DNA of 64,000 bases, taken from NCBI GenBank assembly GCA_965203805.1, contig OZ241917.1:2368001-2432000 (forward strand), given 5' to 3'. This document shows, piece by piece, positions 60,946-64,000 of this stretch (position 1 is its first letter; every line of letters starts with the position of its first letter). The DNA comes from Candidatus Latescibacterota bacterium (lineage in GTDB: Bacteria > Latescibacterota > UBA2968 > GCA-2709665). A program made the position numbers and the translations under genes. The notes below the pieces were generated by a model that did no database searches, had not been told where the DNA came from, and saw only the letters and a list, made by a program, of their open reading frames with translations.

Positions 60946-63900
60946 ATGGATACGCAGGGAATGCAACGTATACGACAGGCGCGCAATAGCGGTCGGACAC
61001 GGTGTTCATCGGGCAGGACCATCGGGATGTGCCTGGCCGTACTGTTGTGGGCGCCGCTGCCGGCGGTTGCCCAGTTCGACGCCAACCATCCCGAGTTGCG
61101 CTGGGAGGTCCTGGAGACCGCCCACTTCAAGATCTACTACCACCAGGGCCTCGCCGACTTTGCCCGTCGCGCCGCGACGGCCGCCGAAACCGTGTACGGC
61201 CCGGTCACGACGTTCTACGATTTTACTCCGGACGAGAAAATACGGCTGATCCTGAAGGACACCGACGACTATGCCAATGGCGCGGCCTTTTATTATCACA
61301 ACACCATGGAAATCTGGGCGTCCAACCTGGAGTTCGAACTGCGCGGCGACACCGACTGGCTGCAGAATGTGATCGCGCACGAATTCACCCACATCATTTC
61401 GCTGCAGACGGCCCGCAAGGGTCCACGGCGTCTGCCCGCGATTTACTTCCACTATCTGGGCTACCAGAACGAAGAGCGGCGGGAAGATATCCTCACGGGA
61501 TATCCGGACGTCTTTGCGTCTTACGCCGTTCCCCTGACCATCGTACCGCCGTGGTTCGCCGAAGGTACCGCCCAATACATGGCGCCGGGCGTCCATTTCG
61601 ACCGCTGGGACTCCCACCGCGACATGATCCTGCGCATGGCCACGCTGAACAACCGTCTGCTCACCTACGACGAGATGGGCGTATTCGGTTCCAAGACCGG
61701 ACTGGGACTCGAAAAAGTGTACGACCACGGCTACGCCCTCACCCTGTTTATCGTCAACACCTTCGGTGAAGGCGCGTTGCCCGTTATCTACCGTAATATG
61801 AACACGCTGTGGCGGACAGACTTCGAATCCGCCGTCCGTGGCGCGATCGGCATCTCCGGTCGCGAACTCCACCGGCGCTGGGTTGCCGCCCTGAAAGAGC
61901 GGTACGAGGTCCAGAAGGCCGAACTCGAAGGACGCCTGGTCGACGGCGAAATCCTGCACGGCAAGGGGTACTTCAACCTCCATCCCCGCTGGTCGCGGGA
62001 CGGAAAGCAACTGGCTCATCTCACGAACCAGGGCAGCGACTTCGGCCGTACCGCCCTGGTTGTGCATACCCTCTCTGACAGCTCGTCCGAGACACTCGCC
62101 GGCGGCGCAGACACGGCGCCGGACTGGTCGCCGAACGGCCCCCGCCTCATCTTCGCCCGCCGCAGCGCGCCCGACAGATATGGCTCCCGTTTCCGGGACC
62201 TTTATACGGTCGACCCCACCGCGTCGCGGACCGGCGGCCTGTTTCAAAAGACGCGGGCGACACTTGGTCTGTCTCAGGAACTGCCACCCAACCAGAGTCG
62301 TCTGACGCACGGACTCCGCGCCAGCCATCCGGCGTATTCGCCGAATGGAAAACAGATCGCTCTGGTGATTAACGGCGGCGGCTCCACCAACCTGGCTGTC
62401 ATGGACGTCGACGGCGGAAACCTCCGCCGGCTCACGACATTCGACGACGGATCACAGGTCTACACGCCTCGCTGGTCGCCGGACGGTTCGCAGATCGCCT
62501 GCTCGGTCTTCCGTCCGAACGAAACCCGGGACATCGCCATCGTACCCGCCGATGGGGGACGGATCATCCCGGTCATCGGCTCCACGGGCACGGACCGCGA
62601 TCCCTCCTGGACTCCCGACGGGGCGGGTCTGGTTTTCGCCTCGGATCAGGACGGCATCTTCAACCTGTATCACTTCAGCTTGATCGACGAGGCCGTGCAT
62701 CGCGTTACCCGGGTTCTGGGGGGCGCTCTACAGCCGCACGTCAATCCCGGGGACCGCCGAATTGCCTTTTCCCATTTCGGCGCTTCAGGGTACGAGATCC
62801 GGGTCATATCCGGCAAAGGCGCCTGGGAACCGGTGCCGTCGGGCATTTTCGCGCCCGGGTCCACGCCGTCTCCTCCCGTACCCCCGGCGCCTCAGGGCGC
62901 GGGTACCGAAGCCCGTTCCTATGGCAGCGAATTCTCCACAACGTCCGTCTTTCCCCGCATTGCCGTAGACGCGGGAAAGTTCAAACTGGGCATCTTTGCC
63001 GGATCCAATGACGTTCTCAACAAACAGTCCCTGCTCGTGGGGGCCATGGCCTCCCGCGACCGGGACCTGGACCTCTTCGCGGTCTACGAATACCGCCGCT
63101 GGCGACCCACCGTCTTTCTGGAAGCCTATCGGGCCGTCCGTCACGTAGAAGACGACGTACTCAACCGGGACGAGAATTTCCGCATCTTCAGTCAGACGTT
63201 CACGCTTTCGGGCGTGGAACTCGGAGCATGGCACAGGTTGGGTACGGGCAGCCGCCTGGACGCCCGATTCATCTACAACCTGTCGTCCACCGGCCAGGAC
63301 GTAGCCCACTTCAACGGCATGGACGAAGTAAGCGTGGGCGCCACCACCCACCACGGCTTCAATTTTTCGTTCACGTATTCCCTGAACAACGTCCTCCGTA
63401 CCAGAGACCGGGAGATCAACCCGCGCGCCGGCCGGGAGATGCGGTTCCGCTATGACCGCCAATTCAACTACTTCATCAGCGGGTTCAAGGAAGACACGTC
63501 CCTTCTGATCGAGACGTTCGACCGCTACTTCTACAACCGGCTGACCCTGAACTGGATCGAATACCTGCCGGTGGGTCCCGGACGCGGTACCCTCGGGCTG
63601 CGCGTCTACGGCGGGATGATCGACAGCGAAGTGGATGACTACTTCGACTATTTCCTCGGCGGCCTGCCGTATATGAAGGGATATACGTTCTACAGCCTGG
63701 AAGGCCGCAGGGCCGCCATGTTTCGCGCCGCGTACCGCTTTCCCATCCGGACCGGGATGGATCGGCAGACCGGCCCCATCTATTCCGACCAGCTCTTCGG
63801 ATCCGTCTTCGCAGGTATCGGCCGCGCCTGGGACGGCGACGAAATGGACAACGTGCTCAACCGCGGCTGGAAGCGGGACGTCGGCGTCCAGATCCGCTAC

Positions 63901-64000
63901 GACGCCACGTCCTTCTATACCTTTCCGACCCGCGCCAGCCTGGACGTCGCCTACGGCATGGACACGTTACCGCGCGTGGTACCCGGCGAGGAACCGGAAA
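60946..64000 (+). CDS. Large secreted protein: zincin (peptidase MA-like) domain, TolB/PD40 propeller and probable C-terminal Omp85-like barrel; 3'-truncated by the window and absent from the ORF track
   Basis: Read by hand: W..LETAHFKIYY, VIAHEFTH, PWFAEGTAQY, repeated P.WSPDG; no stop seen before the window end. Confidence 0.8.
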   Translation, partial: MDTQGMQRIRQARNSGRTRCSSGRTIGMCLAVLLWAPLPAVAQFDANHPELRWEVLETAHFKIYYHQGLADFARRAATAAETVYGPVTTFYDFTPDEKIRLILKDTDDYANGAAFYYHNTMEIWASNLEFELRGDTDWLQNVIAHEFTHIISLQTARKGPRRLPAIYFHYLGYQNEERREDILTGYPDVFASYAVPLTIVPPWFAEGTAQYMAPGVHFDRWDSHRDMILRMATLNNRLLTYDEMGVFGSKTGLGLEKVYDHGYALTLFIVNTFGEGALPVIYRNMNTLWRTDFESAVRGAIGISGRELHRRWVAALKERYEVQKAELEGRLVDGEILHGKGYFNLHPRWSRDGKQLAHLTNQGSDFGRTALVVHTLSDSSSETLAGGADTAPDWSPNGPRLIFARRSAPDRYGSRFRDLYTVDPTASRTGGLFQKTRATLGLSQELPPNQSRLTHGLRASHPAYSPNGKQIALVINGGGSTNLAVMDVDGGNLRRLTTFDDGSQVYTPRWSPDGSQIACSVFRPNETRDIAIVPADGGRIIPVIGSTGTDRDPSWTPDGAGLVFASDQDGIFNLYHFSLIDEAVHRVTRVLGGALQPHVNPGDRRIAFSHFGASGYEIRVISGKGAWEPVPSGIFAPGSTPSPPVPPAPQGAGTEARSYGSEFSTTSVFPRIAVDAGKFKLGIFAGSNDVLNKQSLLVGAMASRDRDLDLFAVYEYRRWRPTVFLEAYRAVRHVEDDVLNRDENFRIFSQTFTLSGVELGAWHRLGTGSRLDARFIYNLSSTGQDVAHFNGMDEVSVGATTHHGFNFSFTYSLNNVLRTRDREINPRAGREMRFRYDRQFNYFISGFKEDTSLLIETFDRYFYNRLTLNWIEYLPVGPGRGTLGLRVYGGMIDSEVDDYFDYFLGGLPYMKGYTFYSLEGRRAAMFRAAYRFPIRTGMDRQTGPIYSDQLFGSVFAGIGRAWDGDEMDNVLNRGWKRDVGVQIRYDATSFYTFPTRASLDVAYGMDTLPRVVPGEEPE

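Overview
GC-rich bacterial chromosome segment. PorV and T9SS-type C-terminal sorting domains, a UbiA/UbiX pair and sulfatase-like genes suggest an FCB-group lineage (inference only). Bases 1-20.4 kb are catabolic and envelope genes, and 47.7-64 kb are transport, envelope and T9SS-related genes. Between them lies a roughly 25 kb defence island: several intact and broken toxin-antitoxin modules, two uracil-DNA-glycosylase-like genes, a ParA pair, and a complete type I-B CRISPR-Cas locus on the minus strand (cas6-cas8[+internal cas11]-cas7-cas5-cas3-cas1-cas2-cas4, then about 65 repeats of 37 bp). The most unusual structure is at 26303-27655: five diverged copies of the CRISPR repeat separated by gene-sized inserts rather than spacers. 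Three inserts encode paralogous 57-61 aa proteins whose ATG lies 4-5 nt after the repeat 3' end, and this mini-array ends in the same ~100 bp trailer as the main array. Further repeat-like sequences lie upstream of cas6 and in a terminator, and a duplicated structured-RNA-like element sits upstream of the cas operon. All protein calls come from motif recognition by eye; no database searches were run.
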